Source of the DNA: a virus
Lineage: Duplodnaviria > Caudoviricetes
IMG/VR virus record: IMGVR_UViG_3300023283_000392
Span: 1 to 41,919 of that record
Length of the DNA stretch: 41,919 nucleotides
Reading direction: 5' to 3' (one strand)
Part shown: positions 6,185 to 14,009 of the stretch, in pieces
Layout of the letters: the number at the start of each line of letters is the position of its first letter
Numbering within the stretch: position 1 is the stretch's first letter
The notes under the pieces: model-generated
What the model saw: the letters and a program-made list of their open reading frames with translations, nothing else
What the model was told of the DNA's origin: nothing
Database searches by the model: none
Translations under genes and position numbers: made by a program

Positions 6185-8375
6185 CGGTGGTCTCTTCCAA
6201 TTGGCTGCCAATCGGACTCCGATCGGACTCGGATACGGCCCGCGCCTCCGCAGGCTCGGAGGTATCCTCCGCCGTCTCGCCGGCATCCTCGCGCGCCGGC
6301 GCGCGCCATGCGAGCTCGGGCAGGTGGATCGGGTCGGCGGCGTGTTCGAGCAGCCACTCGGCATAGTGGCTGCGGCCCATCGGCATGTCATGGTCGAGCG
6401 CCGATCGCAGCTCGGCGCGCCGCTCCTCGGGGACGCCGAGCTCGGCGGCGAGCGCCAGCTTGCGGGCTGGGCTGGCGATCTCGCCATAGGTCTCGCCGGC
6501 CGCCGCGAGGGCGGCGGCGTGATCGATGGCCACGCCGCCACACAGCTCGGCGATCCAGTAGGCGGCGCCGTCGCCTTCGTACAGCCACGCATCCCAATCC
6601 CACGACGGGGGCACACTCACAGCGATAGCCTCAGTGGCGAGCAGCGGGGCGAGCAGCGCGGCGGCGCGGTCGTCCAGCGCCGCATAATGGGCGGCCAGGG
6701 CACGCCAGAGACCGACTTGGATGTCCATATCCTCGGTCTCGGTCTCGCCGCGGCGCAGGAGCGGATAGAGGCTGGCATCCCACAGCTCGTGCTCATGCTC
6801 GACCAGCGCGGCATGCTCGTCGCGGCTCCAGATCACCAGACGCGGATCGAGAATGCGATGCAGGCTGTCGGCGAGGATCCGGCGCGGCGCATTGTCCGCA
6901 CGGCCGGCCCTGTGCTGATATACATCCATCAGCCGGTCTCCGGTCGTGACGGCCAGCAACACCTCGGGGCGCTCCATCAGGGCGGCCTGCAGGGCATCGG
7001 TCTTGACATCGGCCGCCCAGGTGAAATGCGCGCGCGTCCAGGTCGCCTCGGCTGGCATGGCGTCGCCCGTCGACTCAGTCTTGGGCCGGAGGCGATCGGC
7101 GATTTGCGTCTGGGTATCCCAACGCGACGGCGGGCAGATGACGCAGCCGGTCTCGGCCAGCGGTGTCCCCTTCGGGGCCGTCTCGTACCGCCAATTCTGC
7201 GGATAGGGTGTCACCTCCACCCAGGCCCGGTGGACCCGCAACGATGCCGCCAGCGCCTTGGCGGCTTTCTTGCTGAGCTTGAGATAGAGCTCGCGATCGT
7301 CGAAATGCGGCGCGCCGTATACGTCGATCACCCGGCCGCCGGCGGCGGCGAAGGCCTCCGTGTCGAGGCCGTGGGCCGCGAGCGGCTCGGCGTGGGCGAC
7401 GGGCACGGCCTGGGCGCGGATGGCGGCGGCGGCGCGCTCGGCCGTCTGATAGTCGGGGTCGCCCGTCTCAATCGCGGCCAGGGTGCGCTGCTGGACGCGC
7501 GGACCGGCAATGGCGATGGCCTGGGCGTGGGCGAGGGTGATCGCGCCGCCCCGGAAGGCCTCGCGGACGGGCTCGGAAAGCCGGCGCGCCAGGGCGATAC
7601 GCTTTTCCACCCAGCGCCGGGTCTTGCCCGTCTCTGTTGCGATCCGGGCGGCGACCTGGTCATGATCGTCGCCGCTCTCGCGGGCGCGGTCATAGAGAGC
7701 GAGAAACGCCTCGCCTTCGTCCAGCGGGTGGATGTCCTGCCGCTGGGCGTTCTCGGTGATGGCGAGCATCAGTGCGGCGGTATCGTCCATCTCCAGGATG
7801 CGCACCGGGACCGGGTGATCCGGCGCGACGGCGCCGCGCGCGCGCAGCAGATCCAGCGCGCGCCAGCGCCGCTCGCCGGCGATCACCTCATGCGGGGGGT
7901 CGCCGCTCGCGGTCTGCGGCATATGCGCGGGCAGCGGCCGGACGATCAGATTCTGCAGTACCCCCGCCTTGGCGATCGAATCGGCCAGCTCCTCGAGCCC
8001 GGCTTCGTCGAACCGCCGGCGCGGGTTGAGCCCGCTCGGCTGCAGGCAGTCGAGCGGGAGCGTGCCCTCCTGCACCGGGCCGCCGGGCGCCGCCGCCGGC
8101 GCCGCGCCCGAGCGAACGGCGTTCGCAGCGGCGAGGGCCGCGGCCTCGCGCCGGCCAGCCTCGGTGAGGGCAATGCCGGCCTGCCGCCAGGCGGATTTGG
8201 GCGTGACCATGCGGGCCTCGGCCAGCGCGTCCAGGGCTTCGTAGACGCGCGACCGGCTGATCGTGCCGGCGAGTGCTTCGACAACCGCCTTGGCCGAGTC
8301 CGGAATATTGCCGCTGTGGTCGGCGTCGGCGAGCAGCGTGAGCACCGCGGTCTTGGCGGGGGTGAGCGGGGTCAA
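6177..8375 (-). CDS. Large ParB/RepB/Spo0J-family protein with N-terminal winged helix
   Basis: NPRRRF..LEELADSI...GVLQNLIVR...VIAGERRWRAL...ENAQRQDIHPLDEGEAF, then an HTH (ETGKTRRWVEKRIAL). TTG start at 8375 follows AAAGGA. Confidence 0.85.
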   Translation of the reverse strand: MTPLTPAKTAVLTLLADADHSGNIPDSAKAVVEALAGTISRSRVYEALDALAEARMVTPKSAWRQAGIALTEAGRREAAALAAANAVRSGAAPAAAPGGPVQEGTLPLDCLQPSGLNPRRRFDEAGLEELADSIAKAGVLQNLIVRPLPAHMPQTASGDPPHEVIAGERRWRALDLLRARGAVAPDHPVPVRILEMDDTAALMLAITENAQRQDIHPLDEGEAFLALYDRARESGDDHDQVAARIATETGKTRRWVEKRIALARRLSEPVREAFRGGAITLAHAQAIAIAGPRVQQRTLAAIETGDPDYQTAERAAAAIRAQAVPVAHAEPLAAHGLDTEAFAAAGGRVIDVYGAPHFDDRELYLKLSKKAAKALAASLRVHRAWVEVTPYPQNWRYETAPKGTPLAETGCVICPPSRWDTQTQIADRLRPKTESTGDAMPAEATWTRAHFTWAADVKTDALQAALMERPEVLLAVTTGDRLMDVYQHRAGRADNAPRRILADSLHRILDPRLVIWSRDEHAALVEHEHELWDASLYPLLRRGETETEDMDIQVGLWRALAAHYAALDDRAAALLAPLLATEAIAVSVPPSWDWDAWLYEGDGAAYWIAELCGGVAIDHAAALAAAGETYGEIASPARKLALAAELGVPEERRAELRSALDHDMPMGRSHYAEWLLEHAADPIHLPELAWRAPAREDAGETAEDTSEPAEARAVSESDRSPIGSQLEETTDG

Positions 8376-8464
8376 GGATCGTCCTTTCGTTCGAGAATCA
8401 GCGGAGCGGCGGCCAGCAGGGCGACAATGAGGATGGCGAGCATGACGAGCAGGTCGGCGATCAT
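8372..8464 (-). CDS. 30-aa single-pass membrane peptide (below ORF-track cutoff)
   Basis: MIADLLVMLAILIVALLAAAPLILERKDDP; ATGA overlap upstream and TTGA overlap with the ParB start. Confidence 0.6.
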   Translation of the reverse strand: MIADLLVMLAILIVALLAAAPLILERKDDP

Positions 8465-8712
8465 GACGGCGCCTCGCTGTCGTGTGCGAGAGCGGCGGCC
8501 GCGGCGGCCCGCTCGCAATCACCGGTGATATGGCGCAGCCAGAATCGGACATGAGCGATGTCGGCGACAATGGCTTGGCCGTCGATGCCGGGCGGCGGGC
8601 CGCGGCGCGCCAGGCCGGCGGTGATCTGGTTATGGACGGACTCGAGGCGGCGCCCGATCTCGTCGAGCTCGCGCCGGATCTGGCGCCAGGGGATGGGTTT
8701 GGACGCATTCAT
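8461..8712 (-). CDS. Hypothetical protein
   Basis: MNASKPIPWRQIRRELDEIG... helical ORF, coupled at both ends. Confidence 0.6.
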   Translation of the reverse strand: MNASKPIPWRQIRRELDEIGRRLESVHNQITAGLARRGPPPGIDGQAIVADIAHVRFWLRHITGDCERAAAAAALAHDSEAPS

Positions 8713-8882
8713 GCGGCGCCGCCCGCCTCGGGGCGCGCTCGGCGCGCGGCCTGCTGCGCGGCGTGGCGCCAGCCGATGTCCCATGCCTGTGCCGCAGCAT
8801 CCGCATAGGGATTGTCGGCCTGGCGCAGGCCATTGCCATGGGCCGTATAGCCCTCGTCAAAAACGCGCTGAATGGCGATCAT
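8709..8882 (-). CDS. Rmf/CrpP-fold small protein (ribosome modulation factor-like)
   Basis: MIAIQRVFDEGYTAHGNGLRQADNPYADAAAQAWDIGWRHAA matches the RMF pattern GYxAxxxG-x6-PY-x7/8-WxxGWRxA; ATGA-coupled. Confidence 0.6.
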   Translation of the reverse strand: MIAIQRVFDEGYTAHGNGLRQADNPYADAAAQAWDIGWRHAAQQAARRARPEAGGAA

Positions 8883-9166
8883 CGGCTGCGGTCCCGTAGC
8901 AGGCAGAGGTCCGAGCGACGGCGCGCGGGAAAGCACTTTTGGGCCCACGAGCGCGCTTTGGGCCGCCAGGTAAAGGTGACGCGCCGCGGCAGGCCAAGCA
9001 GCATGCCTTCGTGTTCGAGCGGTGCGAAGACGACGCTCTTGCCGGAGCGAGAGACCGACTCGATCCGACCGCGCACGGCCAAACCGGCGGCTAAAAAGAC
9101 GGCGCGATGTCCGGCGACGAAATCGCCGGGCCCGATACGGACGGCGGATTCTCTGCTGTGGGGCAT
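8879..9166 (-). CDS. First gene of leftward early operon, hypothetical
   Basis: Strong GAGGAGG RBS just downstream of the predicted pL. Confidence 0.65.
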   Translation of the reverse strand: MPHSRESAVRIGPGDFVAGHRAVFLAAGLAVRGRIESVSRSGKSVVFAPLEHEGMLLGLPRRVTFTWRPKARSWAQKCFPARRRSDLCLLRDRSR

Positions 9167-9193
9167 TCCATCCTCCTCGAGACATGAGAGGGA

Positions 9194-9246
9194 ATGCTAT
9201 GTGCAGTAACTGCACACTGTCAAGGAAGATGTGCAAAATCTGCGCA
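9194..9246 (-). promoter_or_regulatory. pL-like promoter with two operators (OL)
   Basis: Minus strand TTGACA-18 bp-TAGCAT. Perfect palindrome TGTGCAG-TAA-CTGCACA (9200-9216) lies in the spacer, with a second copy TGTGCAAAATCTGCGCA at 9230-9246. Confidence 0.8.
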
Positions 9247-9521
9247 ACCATGTCGGCAACCAACCATTAACGAATGGTGCAGACACTCCGGATGCCCGCC
9301 TCGCGCGTGCAATATGACTGACAGATCCCGCCCTTGGGGCGGGCGGCGGATGGGGGTCCGCCGCCGAGGCTGCTCGCACAGCCCCACGGATCGGCCGCCA
9401 AGCCGAGCGCCGCCGCCCATGACGCATCTTGTCTCGGGTGTCGCTCGATGTCTGCGCGGTCGTGTTTGCAGAGGACAAACAATGGGGGATGGGGCTATGA
9501 AATCGTCAGAGACCGCAGCGG

Positions 9522-10235
9522 TCAGCCTCTCGACGGATGTTCACCTGGCCGAAATCCAAAATGAAGCGAATACAGCCGGACACCGAGGATGCGTACTTCC
9601 GTGTCATCCTCGAGGCGCGTGCCTTTGGCCAGCAGCCCTGCGGGCGATGGTATCCGGATGGCCTGATGCCGACGATCGGTCGATCGCGGAATGAGCCACC
9701 AGACATCGTCCGACTCGGGGTCGGGCTGCAGCTCACGCAGGCTCAGCTCGAATTCGTCCGCGCCGCGCCGCCGTTCGACCACGACAACCTCGCCGCCTCG
9801 GATGGGCGCGGCGATGCGATCTGCGGCGACTGCAAAGACGATACTGCCGGGCGGGATGAGTTCATCCATCTCGGTGCCGCGCTGCTGCCATGCCAGGATC
9901 TCGGACGGCCGGTATACGGCGACCCCCAGATCGGGCCCGCTGCTGTAAATCGACACCTCGGTCCAGCATTCCCGCGGCCAATAGAGCGACTGGCGCCACT
10001 CGCCCGCGGCCAGATGCCCGCGCAGCGGCACCGTGGCCGGCGACTCGGAGGCGTCTAGCATCGCCGTGAGCCCGAGAGCGCGCGCCAGCGCATCGGCGTC
10101 ATCCAGATGGATGCGTTGCCTGCGGTTCAACAACCGGTTCACTTTTTCGCGAGGCAGGCCCGCCAGCTCGCCGAGATCGGCGTCGCTGAGTTTGCGGTCC
10201 GCCTTCGCTTTACGAAAGCGATCGATGATGTCCAT
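9522..10235 (-). CDS. cI: CI-like repressor (XRE HTH plus degenerate S24 domain)
   Basis: N-terminal HTH LSDADLGELAGLPREKVNRLLN; linker VPLRGHLAAG; S24-like C-domain GTEMDELIPPGSIV...GEVVVVERR. Divergent from cro. Confidence 0.85.
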   Translation of the reverse strand: MDIIDRFRKAKADRKLSDADLGELAGLPREKVNRLLNRRQRIHLDDADALARALGLTAMLDASESPATVPLRGHLAAGEWRQSLYWPRECWTEVSIYSSGPDLGVAVYRPSEILAWQQRGTEMDELIPPGSIVFAVAADRIAAPIRGGEVVVVERRRGADEFELSLRELQPDPESDDVWWLIPRSTDRRHQAIRIPSPAGLLAKGTRLEDDTEVRILGVRLYSLHFGFRPGEHPSRG

Positions 10236-10246
10236 GGATCGGCACT

Positions 10247-10324
10247 TTGTACAATCACGCACCTCCAAGCCAGAATAGATTTCGCACAACGAAGCTTGAC
10301 GCTGCTGCACAATATCTGCACACT
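10247..10324 (+). promoter_or_regulatory. pR-like promoter and OR operators
   Basis: TTGACG (10296-10301)-17 bp-CACACT. Operator TGCACAATATCTGCACA (10306-10322) matches the OL consensus, with weaker sites near 10247-10263 and 10272-10288. Confidence 0.7.
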
Positions 10325-10332
10325 CTGCCGCC

Positions 10333-10524
10333 ATGCCTGACGTCGTCCACATGATCGAGTTCCTCGGCGGCACGCGCGCGGCTGCGCGCCGCCTCAACCT
10401 GTTGCCCAGCACTGTGCAGTACTGGAAGCGACACAACCGCGTGCCGCCATGGCGCCGCGAAACGCTCGAAGCCGCCTATCGCGCGGCTCGCGCGGAACAA
10501 GACCAGCGGGCCGCCGCGGAATGA
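10333..10524 (+). CDS. cro: Cro-like HTH protein
   Basis: IEFLGGTRAAARRLNLLPSTVQYWKRHNRVP; divergent from cI. Confidence 0.85.
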   Translation: MPDVVHMIEFLGGTRAAARRLNLLPSTVQYWKRHNRVPPWRRETLEAAYRAARAEQDQRAAAE

Positions 10525-10727
10525 AGGTATCGCCATAATGGGTGGAAAAGCGCACAGAGATTCCACTGCCCGGCAGCGATGCAACGTCCAGGCTGTGTCT
10601 CCGTCCAGTCTGATTGCCGCCGGGCCGCCCGCCCAGCCAGCGCCACGCCTCCCAAGCCATGCACATGGCCTGTGTGCGCGGCCGGCGCGTTGGGCGGGCA
10701 TGTCGTTGTCAACGCAGGAGGCCGGCG

Positions 10728-11199
10728 ATGGCTGAACGTTATTCGACCGAGGCCCAGCGCCGGGACATCAAGCTGCGGACGCGCGATCTCGTGCGGGCCA
10801 ATGGCGGGCTCGAGGCCGCCGCCGAGCATACCAGGCTCGAGCGGGCCGCGCTCGGCAATCATCAGTCGCCCGACCGCCCCGGCGTGTATATGCCGGCCGA
10901 CGTCGTGCTCGACCTCGAGCTGCGCGCCGCCGAGCCGCTGATCACCCGAGCGTTGGCGCAACATCAGGGCTACACGCTGGTGGCTGCCGAGCCGCTCGAT
11001 GGGGCGGATGTCTCGAGCGTCGTGCGCCAGGCGGTCGCCGGCGAGCGCGCTCGAGGATGGACGGGTGACGGCCGACGAGATCGAGATTCTGCTCGTGGTC
11101 TCGGATGCCAGCCTGCGCGCCGAACGCCGGTTCAACGACCTGTTGCGACGGTTGCGGGACGGGCCGAAAATGAATGGGGGATCGGATGCACCGGCATAG
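10728..11199 (+). pseudogene. CII-like phage regulatory protein with apparent +1 frameshift or deletion near 11040
   Basis: The N-half (LVRANGGLEAAA...YMPADVVLDLE...PLITRALA..QGYTLV) is in one frame. The family-typical C-half ALEDGRVTADEI is in the +1 frame, ending at 11199 and overlapping the next start. Confidence 0.6.
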
Positions 11200-11398
11200 C
11201 GATATTCCTGCGGATTGGCCGCGGCCCGATCCGTGGATCTACGATTTGGCGGCCGAGCGCGCACCGGCGCGCCGGGGGCGGCGGCGGCTTATGGACTCAC
11301 GGACCCGTTGCGCGCGCGGCAGTCTGCTGTTGGTGCTCGCCTTGTGCGTTCTGATGTGGGGCGGGCTCGGACTGCTGGTGTGGGGGGCGCTGCAATGA
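11186..11398 (+). CDS. Small protein with C-terminal transmembrane helix
   Basis: Ends LLLVLALCVLMWGGLGLLVWGALQ; ATGA-coupled to the next gene. Confidence 0.55.
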   Translation: MHRHSDIPADWPRPDPWIYDLAAERAPARRGRRRLMDSRTRCARGSLLLVLALCVLMWGGLGLLVWGALQ

Positions 11399-11715
11399 CG
11401 GCGGACCCGACTCTCCAGGAGCCAGCTCTGTTGCACACGCAGCGACTATTGCCGGTGCCGGACGATTGGCAGGACTGGCTTACGGATTGGCTGTCGTCCG
11501 CGGCGGACGGCGATCGGCTGGTCTATCACGAGACTGCGAGCACGCTGGCGGAGGCGGCGCGCGTCGATCGCCGGCTTTACAATCTGGCGGCCGATCTGCG
11601 CGATCTTGGCAGCCTCGGAGCGCTGCAGCTGCATTTCCGGAGGTTGCCCGCGGGCCCTGACGGACTCGCGCGCGGCCAGTATCTGGCTATTCGACGCCGG
11701 GTGAGACGACGATGA
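11395..11715 (+). CDS. Phage hypothetical protein
   Basis: WLSSAADGDRLVYH...LQLHFRR...YLAIRR; coupled at both ends. Confidence 0.65.
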   Translation: MTADPTLQEPALLHTQRLLPVPDDWQDWLTDWLSSAADGDRLVYHETASTLAEAARVDRRLYNLAADLRDLGSLGALQLHFRRLPAGPDGLARGQYLAIRRRVRRR

Positions 11716-12299
11716 ACCGCCACGCGGCGACAGCGTCGGCGGATCTCGCTCCGGTCGCATTCGATGGTGCGCCGAGCTGCGTGCTCACGCTCGAGGACGG
11801 CGCCGAGATCGACCTCGCCCGTCCGGATCCCAACATCCTCGACATCGCGCGGATCGCGCGCTACTTGGCGCGGCTGCCGCGCTGGCTGGGGCATACGGAT
11901 GTGTTCATCTCTGTGGCCCAGCACTCGGTGTGGGTAGCCGCCCAGGTGCCGGTCGAGCACAGGCTGCAGGCGCTGCTGCATGACGCACCCGAAGCCATTA
12001 TCGGCGATTGTCCAGCGCCGATGAAGGCGCACCTGCCGGTTTTCCGGGCCTGGGAAGCAGCGCTCTGGCGCGCCATCTGCGCGCGCTACGGCGTGGCGGA
12101 GACATTGGCCGACGCGGTCAAGGTCATCGACGGGCGGGCGCAGGCGGTCGAGACGCGCGATCATCGCTTGGGAGCTTGGGGCGCGAGATCTCATGACACG
12201 ATCGACCTGGTGCGGTTTCCGACAACCGCCGCTTGGCCGATCGCGGTGGCCGAGCAACGATTCCTGGACGCGTACGTCTTATACGGAGGTTGCCAGTGA
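11712..12299 (+). CDS. HD-superfamily phosphohydrolase (YfbR/YfdR-like deoxynucleotidase)
   Basis: DIARYLARLPRWLGH...SVAQHSV...ALLHDAPEAIIGD. Confidence 0.85.
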   Translation: MNRHAATASADLAPVAFDGAPSCVLTLEDGAEIDLARPDPNILDIARIARYLARLPRWLGHTDVFISVAQHSVWVAAQVPVEHRLQALLHDAPEAIIGDCPAPMKAHLPVFRAWEAALWRAICARYGVAETLADAVKVIDGRAQAVETRDHRLGAWGARSHDTIDLVRFPTTAAWPIAVAEQRFLDAYVLYGGCQ

Positions 12300-12613
12300 T
12301 CTCGCGCGCGCAGGATCGGGCGGTGCGCGCCCTGCTGACCGAGCTCACCCTGTTCCGGCTGCGCGGGGATGCGTGCGCGGCCGCCGGCACCGCGCGCGGC
12401 TTCGTGACGCGCTGCGCGTTCGGCGATGAGACGCCGGCCGTCTTGGCCGCCGTCTGCGCTGCGGCGCGTGCGTGGTACGAACTGACGGTGCTGCCGAGCG
12501 GCCCGACGGCGCGCGAGCTGGCATGTGCCACGCTCAGATATGCGATCAATGCGGCCTGGGCATGGGTGGATTCCGAGGTCATCGAGCAGCCCTGGATGGA
12601 GGCGGCATCGTGA
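12296..12613 (+). CDS. Hypothetical protein
   Basis: GTG start overlaps the HD stop after GGAGG; its stop overlaps the MTase start. Confidence 0.6.
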   Translation: MISRAQDRAVRALLTELTLFRLRGDACAAAGTARGFVTRCAFGDETPAVLAAVCAAARAWYELTVLPSGPTARELACATLRYAINAAWAWVDSEVIEQPWMEAAS

Positions 12614-13224
12614 AGACGCCGCCCGCATGCAGCGTTGCGGCCACGCGCGCGCCCGGCGCGGGTCCACGGCCGAATAGCGACTTCTACCCTACCCCGCCGG
12701 CGTTGACGCGCGCCTTGCTCTCGGTGCTGGCGCTGCCTGTCGGGACACTAGTCCACGAACCGGCCGCCGGCGACGGTGCCATAGCTACGGTGTTACGCGA
12801 CCGGGGATATCGCGTCATCGCATCGGACCTGTTGGACCACGGCGCGGCGCCGGCGATGCAGATCGCAACCGGTGTCGACTTCCTCCGCCTCCACCATCGG
12901 CGAGCCTCCGCGTTGATAACCAATCCGCCGTACAGCCTCGCCGAGCCGTTTTTGCGACAGACGCTCGGGTTGGGATACGAGACCGTGGCGCTGCTCCTGC
13001 CGATGGGGTTCCTCGCAGCCGCCACACGTCGCGACGTAACCACCGCCGGGCCCTTGGCACAGGTGTTCGTGCTCCAGCCGCGCCCGACGCTGTATCCGGC
13101 CAGTCATCCCGGCGGCAATTCGGGCGTGGTCCACTACGCCTGGATGGTTTGGCGCGTCCGCCGGCGCGGCGCGATTACTTTGGCGGGGCTCGACTGGCGA
13201 CCGTTCGCGGGGGATGGCGGGTGA
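12610..13224 (+). CDS. Orphan amino (N6-A/N4-C) DNA methyltransferase
   Basis: DFYPTP, SAM-binding EPAAGDGAI, DFL and catalytic ITNPPY motifs. Confidence 0.85.
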   Translation: MKTPPACSVAATRAPGAGPRPNSDFYPTPPALTRALLSVLALPVGTLVHEPAAGDGAIATVLRDRGYRVIASDLLDHGAAPAMQIATGVDFLRLHHRRASALITNPPYSLAEPFLRQTLGLGYETVALLLPMGFLAAATRRDVTTAGPLAQVFVLQPRPTLYPASHPGGNSGVVHYAWMVWRVRRRGAITLAGLDWRPFAGDGG

Positions 13225-14009
13225 GTGGGTCCGCGCGCGATATCCTCGATCTCAATGCATCCGGCATGACGCCGTGGCCGCCGGCCGCCGCGCTTGAGGC
13301 TGCGCTTACATCGCTCGAAACCTGCGTCTGGTCGCGCGCCGGCGAGGCCTGGCTCTACGCCGCGGGCCGTGGCGGCAACCGGGCTTTCGCCTGGCGGCGG
13401 CGGCGATTGGCGGAAGCCAGACTGCCGGCCGCCGCACTGCCGCTCGTCGCGTCGGCGCGGGTGTCCTGGCAGGAGGATCCGCGGCGCTATGCTTTTGAAG
13501 GCGAGGATGGCGCGCCGGCATTCATACTGCGTGATATAGACGATTTGCGCACGTGTTCGGACCTCGTGGCGATCGCAGCCGACTTCAGCCGCGCGGCGTC
13601 ATGGTGTGCGGAAGCAACGTTTCCGGCGCTCGCCGACTGGCCGACATTGGAGCGCGAGGGCCGGCTACATTTGTTCGCCTGTCCGCATGCTTGGGTGGCG
13701 GCATATGCCGCGCGCCGCGCCGCGTGGCAGCGCCAGGCGGCGCAGGCCAAAAGCGTGGCGCCGGGCTGCCAGCGGGCATGGGATGGATTGCCGCCGGGCC
13801 TGCTGTTGCTGGACGAGGCGGCCGTGGATTGGGCCCGGCTGGTGCACGCCGGGCCGCGCGATATCCGCTGTGACAGTGTCGAGACGGGCAAGCGTGTCTA
13901 CAAGGCGCTGCGGCGGGCCGCGCGCCCACGCTACCCGCGGGTGACGGCCGGTTCGTACGCAGCGGAGGAGGCGAGGGCGACGCAGGGGGTCACGGCCGAT
14001 GTCCGATGA
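13221..14009 (+). CDS. Hypothetical replication-associated protein (possible degenerate primase partner)
   Basis: Coupled immediately upstream of the helicase; function inferred from position only. Confidence 0.55.
   Translation: MSGSARDILDLNASGMTPWPPAAALEAALTSLETCVWSRAGEAWLYAAGRGGNRAFAWRRRRLAEARLPAAALPLVASARVSWQEDPRRYAFEGEDGAPAFILRDIDDLRTCSDLVAIAADFSRAASWCAEATFPALADWPTLEREGRLHLFACPHAWVAAYAARRAAWQRQAAQAKSVAPGCQRAWDGLPPGLLLLDEAAVDWARLVHAGPRDIRCDSVETGKRVYKALRRAARPRYPRVTAGSYAAEEARATQGVTADVR

Noticed and set aside
6211-6232. Short tandem repeat ATCGGACTC(C/G)G x2
   Set aside because: Only two units within a disordered coding tail; not an array or CRISPR.
6201-8528. 775-aa plus-strand ORF
   Set aside because: Antisense mirror of the ParB-like gene.
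10734-10748. GAAC-N7-GACC near-LexA box at the start of the CII-like gene
   Set aside because: One mismatch, inside coding sequence, and plausible by chance.
11712-12299. Z-genome (DatZ/MazZ/PurZ) base-substitution system suggested by HD plus MazG genes
   Set aside because: No PurZ-like synthetase or phage DNA polymerase in the window, and the two genes are in separate operons.
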